Virus record (IMG/VR): IMGVR_UViG_3300032102_000006
Direction: 5' to 3' (one strand)
DNA from: a virus
Length of the DNA stretch: 64,000 nt
Positions 36,230 to 45,997 of the stretch are shown here, one piece after another (the first letter of the stretch is position 1; each line of letters opens with the position of its first letter). The notes under the pieces are model-generated. The model was not told where the DNA came from. It saw only the letters and a list, made by a program, of their open reading frames with translations, and made no database searches. The translations under genes and the position numbers were made by a program.

Positions 36230-36675
36230 TACATATTCTCCATAACTTGTTTATATGCTTCAGCATGTCGTTTTTCAACTTTTGCTAACGCTGCAAAACG
36301 CTTTTCTGCCTTGGCAAGAACTGCCTTAAACTGTTCAGCATGTTCTTTTGATTCGTCTATTTGCTCGATAAATTCTTGCTCTGCTATATGGCCTTCCTGC
36401 TGTGCGCCTGCAACCATACCTGGATACATAACGGTAAATTCGTATGTTTCGCCTTCGATGGCTCGTTCAAGACACTCTTTAGTAGAGGGCTTGCCGATCA
36501 ATAGTTCAAGGTGACCCCAGGCATGAAGTAACTCTTGGTCTGCGGTGTGTTCAAAGTGTTTTGCAACTTCCTCGAAACCTTCTTCACGAGCAATCTTAGC
36601 AAAATAACGATATTTGATATGTGCTTGGCTTTCACCCGCCAATGCCGCTTCTAAGTTTTTAATTGTTATAGACAT
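36229..36675 (-). CDS. Rubrerythrin (ferritin-like domain)
   Basis: NLEAALAGESQA..KY..FA, E..HA, GETYE...MYP. Confidence 0.9.
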   Translation of the reverse strand: MSITIKNLEAALAGESQAHIKYRYFAKIAREEGFEEVAKHFEHTADQELLHAWGHLELLIGKPSTKECLERAIEGETYEFTVMYPGMVAGAQQEGHIAEQEFIEQIDESKEHAEQFKAVLAKAEKRFAALAKVEKRHAEAYKQVMENM

Positions 36676-36684
36676 ATTGTATCC

Positions 36685-37068
36685 TTACATTGTTTTATAC
36701 AAACTTGCGCTGGCGATAAACTGGTTCTTCCATGCCCACTCATCTAGCACTAGTTGATTAAAGATATCTTCTTCAACTTCGATTTCTTTTTCAACACTTA
36801 GCTCGAGCATACGAATGGCACGTTCGTATTCCTTTTCATGGCTAGTAGGAGCCTGAGGAATTGATCTAATACGAGAAATTTTAGCTAAGTCAGCAGAGTT
36901 AGCTAGTTCAAGGTTTGCAGTTGTAATCTTAACTGCAAGGGCCTTAAAATCCTCAACGCTTTCATTAAAGTCCTTAATGTGCTTTTCCTTATTCTCGCGA
37001 ACAATACCCAATAACTTCTTCTTGTCAATCTTTACACTACGCATTACGTTTCTCCTAATGTTTTGCAT
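36685..37068 (-). CDS. Hypothetical protein
   Basis: ORF in gene run. Confidence 0.7.
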   Translation of the reverse strand: MQNIRRNVMRSVKIDKKKLLGIVRENKEKHIKDFNESVEDFKALAVKITTANLELANSADLAKISRIRSIPQAPTSHEKEYERAIRMLELSVEKEIEVEEDIFNQLVLDEWAWKNQFIASASLYKTM

Positions 37069-37070
37069 GA

Positions 37071-37682
37071 TTATTGCTTTACTGTTCCAACTACTTCGAT
37101 TTCAACACGGCGATTACGCTCACGGCCTTTGCTAGTCTTATTGTCTGCAACCGGTTGCTTTTCGCCTCGACTCTCTGTGTATACTCTTTTAGAGTCAATG
37201 CCTTTGCTCACAAGGTAAGCCTTAACTGCGTCTGCTCTGCGCTGACCAAGTTTCTGATTGTATGCGTCAGTTCCAACGCTGTCAGTATGACCAACTACAA
37301 TCACTACTTCGAGTGAAATACCATTGATGCGCTCGACTAGACCGTCTAGTGTCGCCTTACCAAGAGGTTTCAAAACAGACTTATCAAAGTCAAACAATGC
37401 ATCTGCGGCATAGCTAGTTTTAACTGCGTCGGGCTTGATAGGAGCACGAGCTGCAATAGTTGCAGAGGGCCTGGTGATATCAACTTTTTGTGCAGGTGCT
37501 TGGGCAACTTGTTTTAGCGCGCCATCACAATCAAGGTGTGCAGTTGCCGGAGTCCAGTTGGCGTCACGCCAACACAGACCTGTGCTATTGCGAACGGGCT
37601 GACCAGATGCCATCCAGTTGTCATTTGTTTGTGCGTTTGCAACAGAAGCAAACAGAGTTGCAGTTAACAGTAATTTTTTCAT
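37071..37682 (-). CDS. OmpA-family peptidoglycan-binding protein
   Basis: Signal peptide; FDFDKS, GHTD, YNQKL..RRA, NRRVEIEV. Confidence 0.92.
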   Translation of the reverse strand: MKKLLLTATLFASVANAQTNDNWMASGQPVRNSTGLCWRDANWTPATAHLDCDGALKQVAQAPAQKVDITRPSATIAARAPIKPDAVKTSYAADALFDFDKSVLKPLGKATLDGLVERINGISLEVVIVVGHTDSVGTDAYNQKLGQRRADAVKAYLVSKGIDSKRVYTESRGEKQPVADNKTSKGRERNRRVEIEVVGTVKQ

Positions 37683-37699
37683 TTTTATATCTCTATGTT

Positions 37700-37776
37700 T
37701 GGTGCGCTAGACAGGAATCGAACCTGCTACACTCTGGTTTAGAATCAGCTGCCCTTACCTTACGGGCTACTAGCGC
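37700..37776 (-). tRNA. tRNA with CUA anticodon (putative amber suppressor)
   Basis: Acceptor GCGCTAG/CTAGCGC-A-CCA, D stem GCCC/GGGC, anticodon loop TT-CTA-AA on CTG/CAG stem, T arm GCAGG-TTCGATT-CCTGT. Confidence 0.8.
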
Positions 37777-37837
37777 TATACGTGTATTTTACAATAGACT
37801 ATTATTAAAATCAAGTCTTTTGGCAAACCTGATAAGG

Positions 37838-37862
37838 AAAAAGGCTGCACAAGCAGCCTTTT
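37838..37862. terminator. Intrinsic terminator
   Basis: AAAAAGGCTGC-acaa-GCAGCCTTTT. Confidence 0.8.
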
Positions 37863-37880
37863 ATCATAGCCCTAGATTAA

Positions 37881-38333
37881 TTAGAACTTGTATTTCAAGC
37901 CAACTGAAACACGATTGCCGTCAAATTGAGCAACGCGGTCTTGACCGTATTGACGAGCAAAATCAACGCCCAAGCTAACCTGCTTAGTAACCGGCATAGT
38001 TGCGCCTAGACCGACTGTCATAGCATAACCATCAGCAGATGTTTGGTTATTCAAATAAGCAACACCTACTTTAGGTGTAATAGTTACTTGACCAAAACGA
38101 GCAACATCTTTACCTGCTACTAGACTATAACGATCTTGATCGTTAGAACCTGCTGTTGCTCGTTCAAAGCCTGCAGTGACGCCAAATTGGCCGACACTTT
38201 GGCCTAGCGTGATGCCTGCGCCATTGCGATTTTCTGCTCCGCTGTAATCACGAGTTGTTGTAACGCCAACTTCTGCTGCTCCGACTGCGGCCGCTGCTAG
38301 TGCGATAACGGATGCTAATGCAATTTTTTTCAT
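37881..38333 (-). CDS. Small outer-membrane beta-barrel protein
   Basis: Signal peptide, amphipathic strands, C-terminal YKF. Confidence 0.8.
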   Translation of the reverse strand: MKKIALASVIALAAAAVGAAEVGVTTTRDYSGAENRNGAGITLGQSVGQFGVTAGFERATAGSNDQDRYSLVAGKDVARFGQVTITPKVGVAYLNNQTSADGYAMTVGLGATMPVTKQVSLGVDFARQYGQDRVAQFDGNRVSVGLKYKF

Positions 38334-38428
38334 ATTTCAATTTCCTTTTTAAAATAGGACTTTCGCCCTAGCACCATTATACATATAAACTTACACAATA
38401 GTCAATGGGCTAGTTTGCCAAATATATT

Positions 38429-39112
38429 TTAATCTCCAACATAATTAGCAACAAGCAGTTGTGCAATGTATTGATGTCCAAGTTGATTAAAATGACAATC
38501 ATCCGTTGGTATAGGATAATTGTTAATCAGAGAAAGAAGTGAGACATCATAGACTTCCGGTCTAATTTTTTTTCCAAGTTTTTTTGAAAAATTCACTGCT
38601 AAATAAGGTATAGTAGAGCCGTCTAATAACGAAAACATACCTAAAATTAATAAGCGATCTTTGTCCGATAATAATCGAATATCTATATATTCTGCAATAT
38701 ATTCTGCAACTATACTGTCTACATTATCTTCATTTATCATGGTTGCAATAGGCATAGATAATATAGTGTTGCTTGCATTAAGTAACGGATGATCTGATGA
38801 TTGATTATATGTAATATCCCTCAACGTAGGTGCTGCTGCTAATCGTTTGTTTGAATGAGTCCAATCTAATCGTCCTGAGGTTGTAAGATTGACTATGATT
38901 AACTTTGGTTTTTGTGTTATAGCAAATTCAACCTGTTTAGTTATAGCATAGTTAGATGCACCAGGAAATGACAAATTAACAAATGTCAATTCTTTTATAC
39001 TGCAAAATATTTCAGGATAAGGGATGAATTGACCGGCAACAAACGGATTGCTTTCTTTTCGGTAAAATCCAGAAGAAAAGCTACAGCCACAAATATATAC
39101 ATCTGGTTTCAT
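38429..39112 (-). CDS. Hypothetical SGNH-like protein
   Basis: GCSFS, GASN, D.CH. Confidence 0.6.
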   Translation of the reverse strand: MKPDVYICGCSFSSGFYRKESNPFVAGQFIPYPEIFCSIKELTFVNLSFPGASNYAITKQVEFAITQKPKLIIVNLTTSGRLDWTHSNKRLAAAPTLRDITYNQSSDHPLLNASNTILSMPIATMINEDNVDSIVAEYIAEYIDIRLLSDKDRLLILGMFSLLDGSTIPYLAVNFSKKLGKKIRPEVYDVSLLSLINNYPIPTDDCHFNQLGHQYIAQLLVANYVGD

Positions 39113-39163
39113 AGTGTTATTTAGTTTGCCAAAATTTTGGTAAATACTAAAAAGGATACTATT

Positions 39164-40456
39164 ATGTCTAACTATCAACACCCCGACGACCCAAAATTAT
39201 TTAACTTGCACCAAACAATGCAGTATAACCCGCAGTCCCAGCCTGAGATTAGGGTCGCTGCTAGGTTTAGCACAGGAGGTAACCCTAGTGTAGGTGGTGG
39301 CGGCAACGTAAATGCCGCAACTGATGCGTTCGGAAGACTACGTGTCAGCAGCCCTTACACTATTTTCGACAGTCAGAACAGATATCGCCTAAATGACAAA
39401 TTCAGCTATGGTGCTAGCGGCGCAGGCGCCGCTACTTATTTGCCAAACGAAAGTAGCGTAAGATTAAGTTGCTCAGGTGAAGGCAGTGTCGTAGCCGAAT
39501 CTAAAAGAGTATTTGCCTATCAACCCGGCAAGAGTTTGTTAGTGTTTAATACTTTTGTTATGTCTGCTGGCACTGCCGGAGTTACTCAACGTGCAGGTTA
39601 TTTTAGCGCACAAAATGGGATTTATTTAGAAAAGTCAAATGGTCAGTTACGCATGTGCAAGCGAAGTTATATAACCGGGTCAGTCGTTGATACTGCTGTC
39701 GATCAATCACAATGGAATGTAGATAGATTAGATGGAACAGGACCAAGTGGTATAACACTAGACACTACTAAAGCACAGATTATGTTTGTTGATATCGAGT
39801 GGCTAGGTGTCGGCAGTGTTAGAACCGGGTTTGTTATAAATGGTAACTATTATATTGCACACATTTTTAATCATGCCAATTTAATAGACAGTGTTTATAT
39901 GACTACTGCTAGACTACCTATTAGGTACGAATTAATCAGCACAGGCGCTAGTGTTAGTATCAAACAGATTTGTAGCAGTGTTATTAGCGAAGGCGGCTAC
40001 GAGGGATTTAGCTGTACCGAAAGTGCCGGAACTGGAATCAATCAAAAGAGATTAGTAACTGCCGGTACTTATTACCCAATGGTCAGTATAAAATTAGATT
40101 CTAATAGACTAGACAGTATTGTTTTACCAAGACAAGTTGATATTTTAAGCCCAAGTGTCAATTACTATCGTTGGGTCTTATTGTTAAATCCTAGCTTAAC
40201 AGGAGCAACTTGGTCCGGTACTAGCACAACAGGAACAGTCAAATATGATACAGGTGCAACTGCTATAACCGGAGGTGTTGAGTTGCAAAGCGGTTATACT
40301 AGCAGTAGAGAAGTTGCAATGTTAAGTGCAGATGCTTTCCAGTGTCAATTAGGTCGCAGTGTTGCCGGTGTGAGTGATATAATCACTCTTGCTCTTACAT
40401 CAACTGCTAATAACGCTGATGTTATGGCACAGTTAGGCTGGCAGGAAATTGTATAA
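39164..40456 (+). CDS. Putative virion protein (beta-rich)
   Basis: 431 codons, Gly/Ser/Thr-rich, TAAATA promoter and SD upstream. Confidence 0.65.
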   Translation: MSNYQHPDDPKLFNLHQTMQYNPQSQPEIRVAARFSTGGNPSVGGGGNVNAATDAFGRLRVSSPYTIFDSQNRYRLNDKFSYGASGAGAATYLPNESSVRLSCSGEGSVVAESKRVFAYQPGKSLLVFNTFVMSAGTAGVTQRAGYFSAQNGIYLEKSNGQLRMCKRSYITGSVVDTAVDQSQWNVDRLDGTGPSGITLDTTKAQIMFVDIEWLGVGSVRTGFVINGNYYIAHIFNHANLIDSVYMTTARLPIRYELISTGASVSIKQICSSVISEGGYEGFSCTESAGTGINQKRLVTAGTYYPMVSIKLDSNRLDSIVLPRQVDILSPSVNYYRWVLLLNPSLTGATWSGTSTTGTVKYDTGATAITGGVELQSGYTSSREVAMLSADAFQCQLGRSVAGVSDIITLALTSTANNADVMAQLGWQEIV

Positions 40457-40481
40457 GAAAATAGGACCCGAAGGTCCTATT
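40457..40481. terminator. Terminator of tmRNA and convergent gene
   Basis: On - strand ATAGGAC-CTTCGG-GTCCTAT-TTTC. Confidence 0.85.
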
Positions 40482-40783
40482 GCTATTTTCTGTTTCGAGG
40501 TATAGTTACCCAAGTCAGCTTACGCTGCCAATTCGTATACGTCAGAGTTTGCGTTTACTTTGTTTTGCTTCTTCGACCGGGTTACCCCAATCCTAACGAG
40601 TTCTACATTCCCGAGCGATAAAATACTTACTTACGGCCCAATCGATTCCGGAGGTCCCCCATCAAAAGCATTATCTGGTCTATATCTGGCAACCAACCCT
40701 TAATTGTGATAATGCTTTTGGTGGAGGACAGGGGATTTGAACCCCTTTCTTGAACCACGTTCTTTATTTCACTTTACGCTGTT
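40482..40783 (-). ncRNA. ssrA: Circularly permuted (two-piece) tmRNA
   Basis: T arm and GTCCTCC-A-CCA (ends 40719) precede 5' strand GGGGGAC (starts 40660); G3-U70 pair; tag frame 40552-40520 ANSDVYELAA-stop. Confidence 0.92.
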
Positions 40784-40791
40784 AAAACTAT

Positions 40792-41217
40792 TTATGCTAA
40801 CTTTTGGCTCTTTACAATACGACGAGTTTCGTTTTCAATAGTGCGTTTCTTTTCAGTCTCGCGCTTGTCAAACTCTTTCTTACCCTTGGCAAGACCCATA
40901 GCTAACTTAAACTTTCCATTCTTATTATATACTCGCAAAGGCACAAGTGTCAAGCCTTTTTCTTGTGTTTGGCCAATCAAACGGCTGATTTCTCTACTGT
41001 GCAATAGCAGTTTGCGGCTACGCTGTTGTTCATTGTCACTTGATCCAATGCTGGCACCGATCAAGTAGATTGCTCCGTTCATAACCTTACAGTGCGAGCC
41101 AGCAATGTTGCAAGTCTTGGCTGCGATGGCTTTAACTTCCCAAGATTCTAGCACGAGCCCGCTCTCGTAGGTTTCGAGTATTTCGTAGTCGTAATGTGCC
41201 CGGCGATTTTCAATCAT
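40792..41217 (-). CDS. smpB: SsrA-binding protein SmpB
   Basis: NRRAHYDY, ESGLVL..WEVK, RKLLLH..EI, GLTLVPL, GKKEFDKR. Confidence 0.95.
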   Translation of the reverse strand: MIENRRAHYDYEILETYESGLVLESWEVKAIAAKTCNIAGSHCKVMNGAIYLIGASIGSSDNEQQRSRKLLLHSREISRLIGQTQEKGLTLVPLRVYNKNGKFKLAMGLAKGKKEFDKRETEKKRTIENETRRIVKSQKLA

Positions 41218-42053
41218 GTCCACAACTTATGTCGAATTTTGATCAAACGGATCATCATCTTTTCATCTTCTCGCTCATAGCCTTGCTCAATCTTACGAGA
41301 AAGGTCAAGTGCTTTAATACCGCGCTTTTTCATTTCTTTTGTTTCGTTCTTGCTGTTAAACAAGCTCACGGAGCCGGGATTTAGATTGCGCTTTTCGTCG
41401 CAGTAGGCGCTCCAGCCACTAGCTTCATGAGGATCAGGACGGTTGCGATAAACTTCTGTCCACCATTTGTAAAGGGCAAGAATTTCTGCGGCGTCTTTGG
41501 CTTGAGGACTTGGCTTATTATAGTCCGCGTGATCTTCGTTGAGATAACTGTTTGTTAAACTCTGTTGCCATTCGAGGTTAGCGATACCCGCTTCGGGACA
41601 ACGCCATGTGCGCCAGCGGAACCAACCGCGAGCCCAAAACGGTGCTTTGTACTTTTTCTTTGCAGCGTCATCCCAAGCGATGTGCCACCATGCAAGTTCT
41701 TGTTCAACGTAGTTTTGTAGCTCATTAAACAAACAAGGCAGGAAACGATAACCTACATCACACCAAGTGCCAGGACGAATATCACAAGGGCTTGCAGTCA
41801 GCGCATGAGTGCTAGTGACCCAGCGATTGTTGATATAGTACTTGGCGCTATAGATTTTATCTACAGGCCACCAGATAAAGTTTTGTACTGCATCAAGTGC
41901 TTCTTCTGCTAGCCAATAGCGAATTTTGTGAGTAGAACTAGCTAGGCTATGCCAATCATCCCATTGCTCGCCTGTGCCCATTTTAGGCTTGCTAGTTCCA
42001 CGTAGCCAGTCTGCAAATTTAGTGCAGCTCCAATATTTAGACCTTTGCGCCAT
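41214..42053 (-). CDS. Hypothetical phage protein (Trp-rich)
   Basis: 279 aa ORF coupled to smpB. Confidence 0.75.
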   Translation of the reverse strand: MAQRSKYWSCTKFADWLRGTSKPKMGTGEQWDDWHSLASSTHKIRYWLAEEALDAVQNFIWWPVDKIYSAKYYINNRWVTSTHALTASPCDIRPGTWCDVGYRFLPCLFNELQNYVEQELAWWHIAWDDAAKKKYKAPFWARGWFRWRTWRCPEAGIANLEWQQSLTNSYLNEDHADYNKPSPQAKDAAEILALYKWWTEVYRNRPDPHEASGWSAYCDEKRNLNPGSVSLFNSKNETKEMKKRGIKALDLSRKIEQGYEREDEKMMIRLIKIRHKLWT

Positions 42054-42342
42054 GTTTTAACCTATATATAAATTTTGCTTGATTGACTAATTCTCTTGCC
42101 TCAGTGTCGGCAAGTAAATCTTCGTATTCTTGTATTAGACTAATTATATGCTTTAAATTTTCTTCGGGCAACTTTAACTTTACCATATTCATTTGATAAG
42201 TTGTAAAATACTGCTCGATAGAATAAGACCGATCATACCAACTAACAGGCATAGAATCTACTGTTCGTTGCTGTTCGATTTCAACGTCTTTTATATTAAA
42301 TCTAATAATAAAATCTTTAAGAGCATTTGCTGCATCAGACAC
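42037..42342 (-). CDS. Hypothetical protein
   Basis: Probable GTG start overlapping upstream gene end. Confidence 0.6.
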   Translation of the reverse strand: MSDAANALKDFIIRFNIKDVEIEQQRTVDSMPVSWYDRSYSIEQYFTTYQMNMVKLKLPEENLKHIISLIQEYEDLLADTEARELVNQAKFIYRLKHGAKV

Positions 42343-42769
42343 TACATTCCTCCAGTGCTTGATAAATTTGATCAACATCAACCCCATGTTCTGCATAGCC
42401 TTCTAAAAGACAATCCACATACCAGTCTCCCGGGAACTCATTTCCAGTTTGATTAGTCATTTGGTAGGCCATTGCCGATAGATGCGTCATGTTTTTATAC
42501 ATGTTGTCAAGTTTTACAACGAACTCCTTCTTAATGTAATAAAACGGATAACCTTCCAGCATGTCTAAATTACATTCGCATTCAGGTGTAATTTGCCAAA
42601 CAACGCATTTGATTTCACTGCCCTCACAAGCTTCAATGTCAGCATGTGTTCTAAATGTCAGCTTATAGTCGGCAATGCTTCCAGCGCCAATGCAAACTGC
42701 ACCCGGGCAACGGTATGCCATTTCTCCCATGTTAGTATTCATGCCGTATGCCGCGTAGAACCTTTTCAT
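42335..42769 (-). CDS. Gamma-glutamylcyclotransferase (AIG2-like)
   Basis: YAAYGMN..M..RCP, LD..EGYP..Y. Confidence 0.85.
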   Translation of the reverse strand: MKRFYAAYGMNTNMGEMAYRCPGAVCIGAGSIADYKLTFRTHADIEACEGSEIKCVVWQITPECECNLDMLEGYPFYYIKKEFVVKLDNMYKNMTHLSAMAYQMTNQTGNEFPGDWYVDCLLEGYAEHGVDVDQIYQALEECSV

Positions 42770-42871
42770 AATCTTCCTTAAAGTTATATTATAACATCTT
42801 TATAATAACTTGCTTATATTGCAAAACAGAAACGTCAGTCAATGCTTTTGCTGCCTTCCATAAACATTAAA

Positions 42872-43174
42872 TCATAGCTCAAATTTAACTTGTTTAACGC
42901 TTTTAACTGTAAAGCTACGCCATTCTTTTTTATCTAAATCAAATACTCGTAGTGTGTCTGTATTTTCTTTACGTTCAACCGTGCCTTCTTTAAGTTCTAC
43001 TACTGGCAACACTTCGGGTTGCAGAGTGCAGTTCATCACTCGTTCGGTGCCGTCTTTTTTAGTAAAGGTAATAGTAACCGGGCCCATTTTAAGATGACCA
43101 GCAATCCATGCTCTAAACTCAACCCATTGCTCGTCTGTTAGGTTCGATTCAAATTTAAAGTCTTTATCAGTCAT
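42872..43174 (-). CDS. WYL_2/SH3-like phage protein
   Basis: FTKKDGTERVMNCTL...VFDLDKKEWRSF. Confidence 0.8.
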   Translation of the reverse strand: MTDKDFKFESNLTDEQWVEFRAWIAGHLKMGPVTITFTKKDGTERVMNCTLQPEVLPVVELKEGTVERKENTDTLRVFDLDKKEWRSFTVKSVKQVKFEL

Positions 43175-43371
43175 TTTACTTCCTTAAATAGTGGGGTACT
43201 TTCGGTCATCATTTTAACAAATTCTAAATTAGTAGGGAATGTATCTAGTGAGCCTTTGTGACGCATAATGCTAGCAACAATACTGCCATCTTGTTCAGTA
43301 CCTCTGTCTAGCCCGTAGAAAAATATCTCAGTGCCTGCTTCTATTTGTTTTTTAAAATGTTCTTGTATCAT
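43171..43371 (-). CDS. Hypothetical protein
   Basis: ATGA overlaps on both sides. Confidence 0.6.
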   Translation of the reverse strand: MIQEHFKKQIEAGTEIFFYGLDRGTEQDGSIVASIMRHKGSLDTFPTNLEFVKMMTESTPLFKEVK

Positions 43372-43829
43372 TTTACTGCCTTAGTTGTTAGATATTCATC
43401 GTTATGCACCCATTTATTCTTAACTAGAAAACCCCACTCACGCTTTTGTGGACCTGGCATAAACAAGGTCCAGCATTCAACGCTTGGGTCTAACTCAATC
43501 CTGTGATAACTATCAGCACGACAAAAACGGAAATGACCAGGAGCTCGCCACTTTGCAATCTCGCCAACTTTTTCGCCTTTGCTATTAAACTGCGGAATCC
43601 ATTCATAATAACCACCTTTTAAAATTAGAGTAGCGTAAGGCCATGGATGATCATGCACATCATCGGGATCTGACTTAAGAAATTTATGTAGGAACACATT
43701 AAAGGGAAAACGCTTTCTGTCCTTGAGAAATAGGTAATAGCGTTCGAGATATGGTTCATTGGCTTGCCTGTCCAAAACAACTCGTTTACGTCCGAGTTTG
43801 GTAAGAATTTTAGTTAATAGTTGTATCAC
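43368..43829 (-). CDS. Cupin-like protein
   Basis: HDHPW..GGY.E..HRI. Confidence 0.75.
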   Translation of the reverse strand: MIQLLTKILTKLGRKRVVLDRQANEPYLERYYLFLKDRKRFPFNVFLHKFLKSDPDDVHDHPWPYATLILKGGYYEWIPQFNSKGEKVGEIAKWRAPGHFRFCRADSYHRIELDPSVECWTLFMPGPQKREWGFLVKNKWVHNDEYLTTKAVK

Positions 43830-43851
43830 GGATATTCTCCTTAACTATACT

Positions 43852-43880
43852 AGTATACGAGAATATCCTTTTTGTGTCAA
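43852..43880 (-). promoter_or_regulatory. sigma70 promoter
   Basis: TTGACA-17-TATACT. Confidence 0.75.
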
Positions 43881-45979
43881 TTACTTAATACGATCACTTG
43901 TTCAAAACTAAAATTGGTGCCATTAAATTTGGCTGTGATGCTTTTTAATACAGGATTAGTAGAATGATAGCTACGATCAACATCTGTTGGGTCTACTGTA
44001 ATAACTATGTCAAAGATAAACTCACCTGCAGGCAACGGATCAGCACCAGAAGTCAACGACCACTTTAGTTCAGTCTCTGATAGTTTACTAACTGTTATAT
44101 CATCAGTGTTTACCAATTTAACGCCATCTGCTAGTGTTAGCATATATTCTTTAGAGTCTTTAAATGGCAAACGAGAATCGTTTGGCAAATCTACACTAGT
44201 ATCATAATGATACGTTGCCAATAGCTCTGCAGTGTCATCTGTAGATAAATCCTCAGTTAAGTAAGCAACATATTGTTTTATGTCCATACCGTTAGCTTCG
44301 TTAAGGTAAAGTTTAGTAACTAAAAACTTACTATCCACTGCTTGTATAAATTTTAATATCTTATTGCCTTCGATCGCTAGCCCAGAGTCATCAAGTGTTT
44401 CTGTATCTACTTCAACTGTGTATCCATTATTCCACGCGGCGGTGCTAGTAGCAGTAAACAAGTGTAGACCTGATGCTGTAGAGCTTACGCTATAAGTTCT
44501 TGATTCAACAGGCCTGTCGGTTAAAACATAACCATCGTCTAGAGCAAACGGAACAGTTTCTGTAAACAACAGGGCCTTGTTTGCAGCGTTGGTTAAATCA
44601 TAAGTTTTATCTGCATCAACTAATGCAGTTGTTCCTGATATTGTTATAGGAAGTTGTTGTCCATTACTTGCCGATATTGTTAAACTGTTAGGTGTTGTTG
44701 GATTTTCAATCTGCACTGCCCAATCAAGTTCTATAAACTTATTATCAAAGACCGTAGTAGAATCCGCTGTTATGACTTCTACTCCGGATCCAAATACGGG
44801 ATTAGCAACGGCTTTTATACCGGATGACCATACAGAAGTAGTGTCTAAAATATTAAAAGATAAGGAACTTAATTCTATTTTAATTCTATAGTGTTGACCG
44901 CGAGTTAGAATCAAGCTAGTCGCTGTGCCTGACGTGTCTAACACTTTAACTTGCCCTTGTTGCTCAATGATAGAATAATCATATTGTGCAATGCTGGCAC
45001 TTGGCAACGCACTGCCCGGACTAGTATTGTTGTCTGTAAAGACAGTATCCCAACCCATATAGTCGGCATCACCTGTAAGTATTTTTCGTTCATAGCCAAC
45101 TAGTTCACCGCAATAGTCATACACAGGAAATGTTTGATATTTTATAGGTGTCGAGAATAACGGATCAGTTCTTGCAATCACTGTGTCTATTTCACCTGTT
45201 AGCATAGAACGTAAGGGATTTTTATGCACTACTCCGTTTTTATCTTTGACGGGGAATCCGTCAGATATCGCTTTAGCACGTTGTATATTACTAGCAGTTG
45301 CTTTTTTATCATTAATGCCTAACGGATCAGTAATGTTTTTTTCTAATCGCTTAAGCTCTGCATTTAATCGTCTGCCCTGTGCTTTTAAGTTGGCTTCAAA
45401 TGCCTTGATTGTATTTTGATAGTTTGCCGGGTTTTGCTTAAATTGATTGATGGCATTTTTTAAGTTTTTTAAGTCGCCGGTAACCTTGCTCCAATCAATA
45501 CCGAAACCTTTCGGACCGCCTCCAAGGCAAACTTTAGGATTGCTAGCTTGTGCTAGTGCATTTAAAATTCCATTGGCTTGCCCGAATAAGTTTTGATTAA
45601 GTTGACCTAGTATATCGGGGATTTTTGGTGCAGTTACTGGACTAGGACATAATCCACCTAAACTAAAAACGTTGCTAACTTGGCCCAGGGCCTTATTAAC
45701 ACCGTTTAGTATCTTATCATAGCCGCTGGCCTGCTTAAACTTATCCAACGAGCCTTTAGCACCGATCAATGCAGAACGCAGTGTTTCTAGTCCCGATACC
45801 CCTGTTGTGCTTTTAATCAAATCATCCAGTGCCAATTGAGCACAGATCAACTTACCGTTCCACAAGTCTTTTAATCTGCCTGCAAGAAGCATACAGATAA
45901 GGTCTTTTTCGTTTCTGGGTAAATTTGCAGGGAACGTTACTTTTAACGCACCCATATTGATAGGAGGTATGGTTGCCAT
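43877..45979 (-). CDS. Putative baseplate/virion protein
   Basis: 700 aa, downstream of PAAR, TATAAATA promoter. Confidence 0.6.
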   Translation of the reverse strand: MATIPPINMGALKVTFPANLPRNEKDLICMLLAGRLKDLWNGKLICAQLALDDLIKSTTGVSGLETLRSALIGAKGSLDKFKQASGYDKILNGVNKALGQVSNVFSLGGLCPSPVTAPKIPDILGQLNQNLFGQANGILNALAQASNPKVCLGGGPKGFGIDWSKVTGDLKNLKNAINQFKQNPANYQNTIKAFEANLKAQGRRLNAELKRLEKNITDPLGINDKKATASNIQRAKAISDGFPVKDKNGVVHKNPLRSMLTGEIDTVIARTDPLFSTPIKYQTFPVYDYCGELVGYERKILTGDADYMGWDTVFTDNNTSPGSALPSASIAQYDYSIIEQQGQVKVLDTSGTATSLILTRGQHYRIKIELSSLSFNILDTTSVWSSGIKAVANPVFGSGVEVITADSTTVFDNKFIELDWAVQIENPTTPNSLTISASNGQQLPITISGTTALVDADKTYDLTNAANKALLFTETVPFALDDGYVLTDRPVESRTYSVSSTASGLHLFTATSTAAWNNGYTVEVDTETLDDSGLAIEGNKILKFIQAVDSKFLVTKLYLNEANGMDIKQYVAYLTEDLSTDDTAELLATYHYDTSVDLPNDSRLPFKDSKEYMLTLADGVKLVNTDDITVSKLSETELKWSLTSGADPLPAGEFIFDIVITVDPTDVDRSYHSTNPVLKSITAKFNGTNFSFEQVIVLSN

Positions 45980-45997
45980 AGTAATATTTATACTAGG

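Noticed and set aside
37725-37750. Reading the tRNA as Arg(UCU)
   Set aside because: Centring TCT in a 7-nt loop leaves no base pairs in the anticodon stem; only the CTA register pairs. An Arg ancestry is not excluded.
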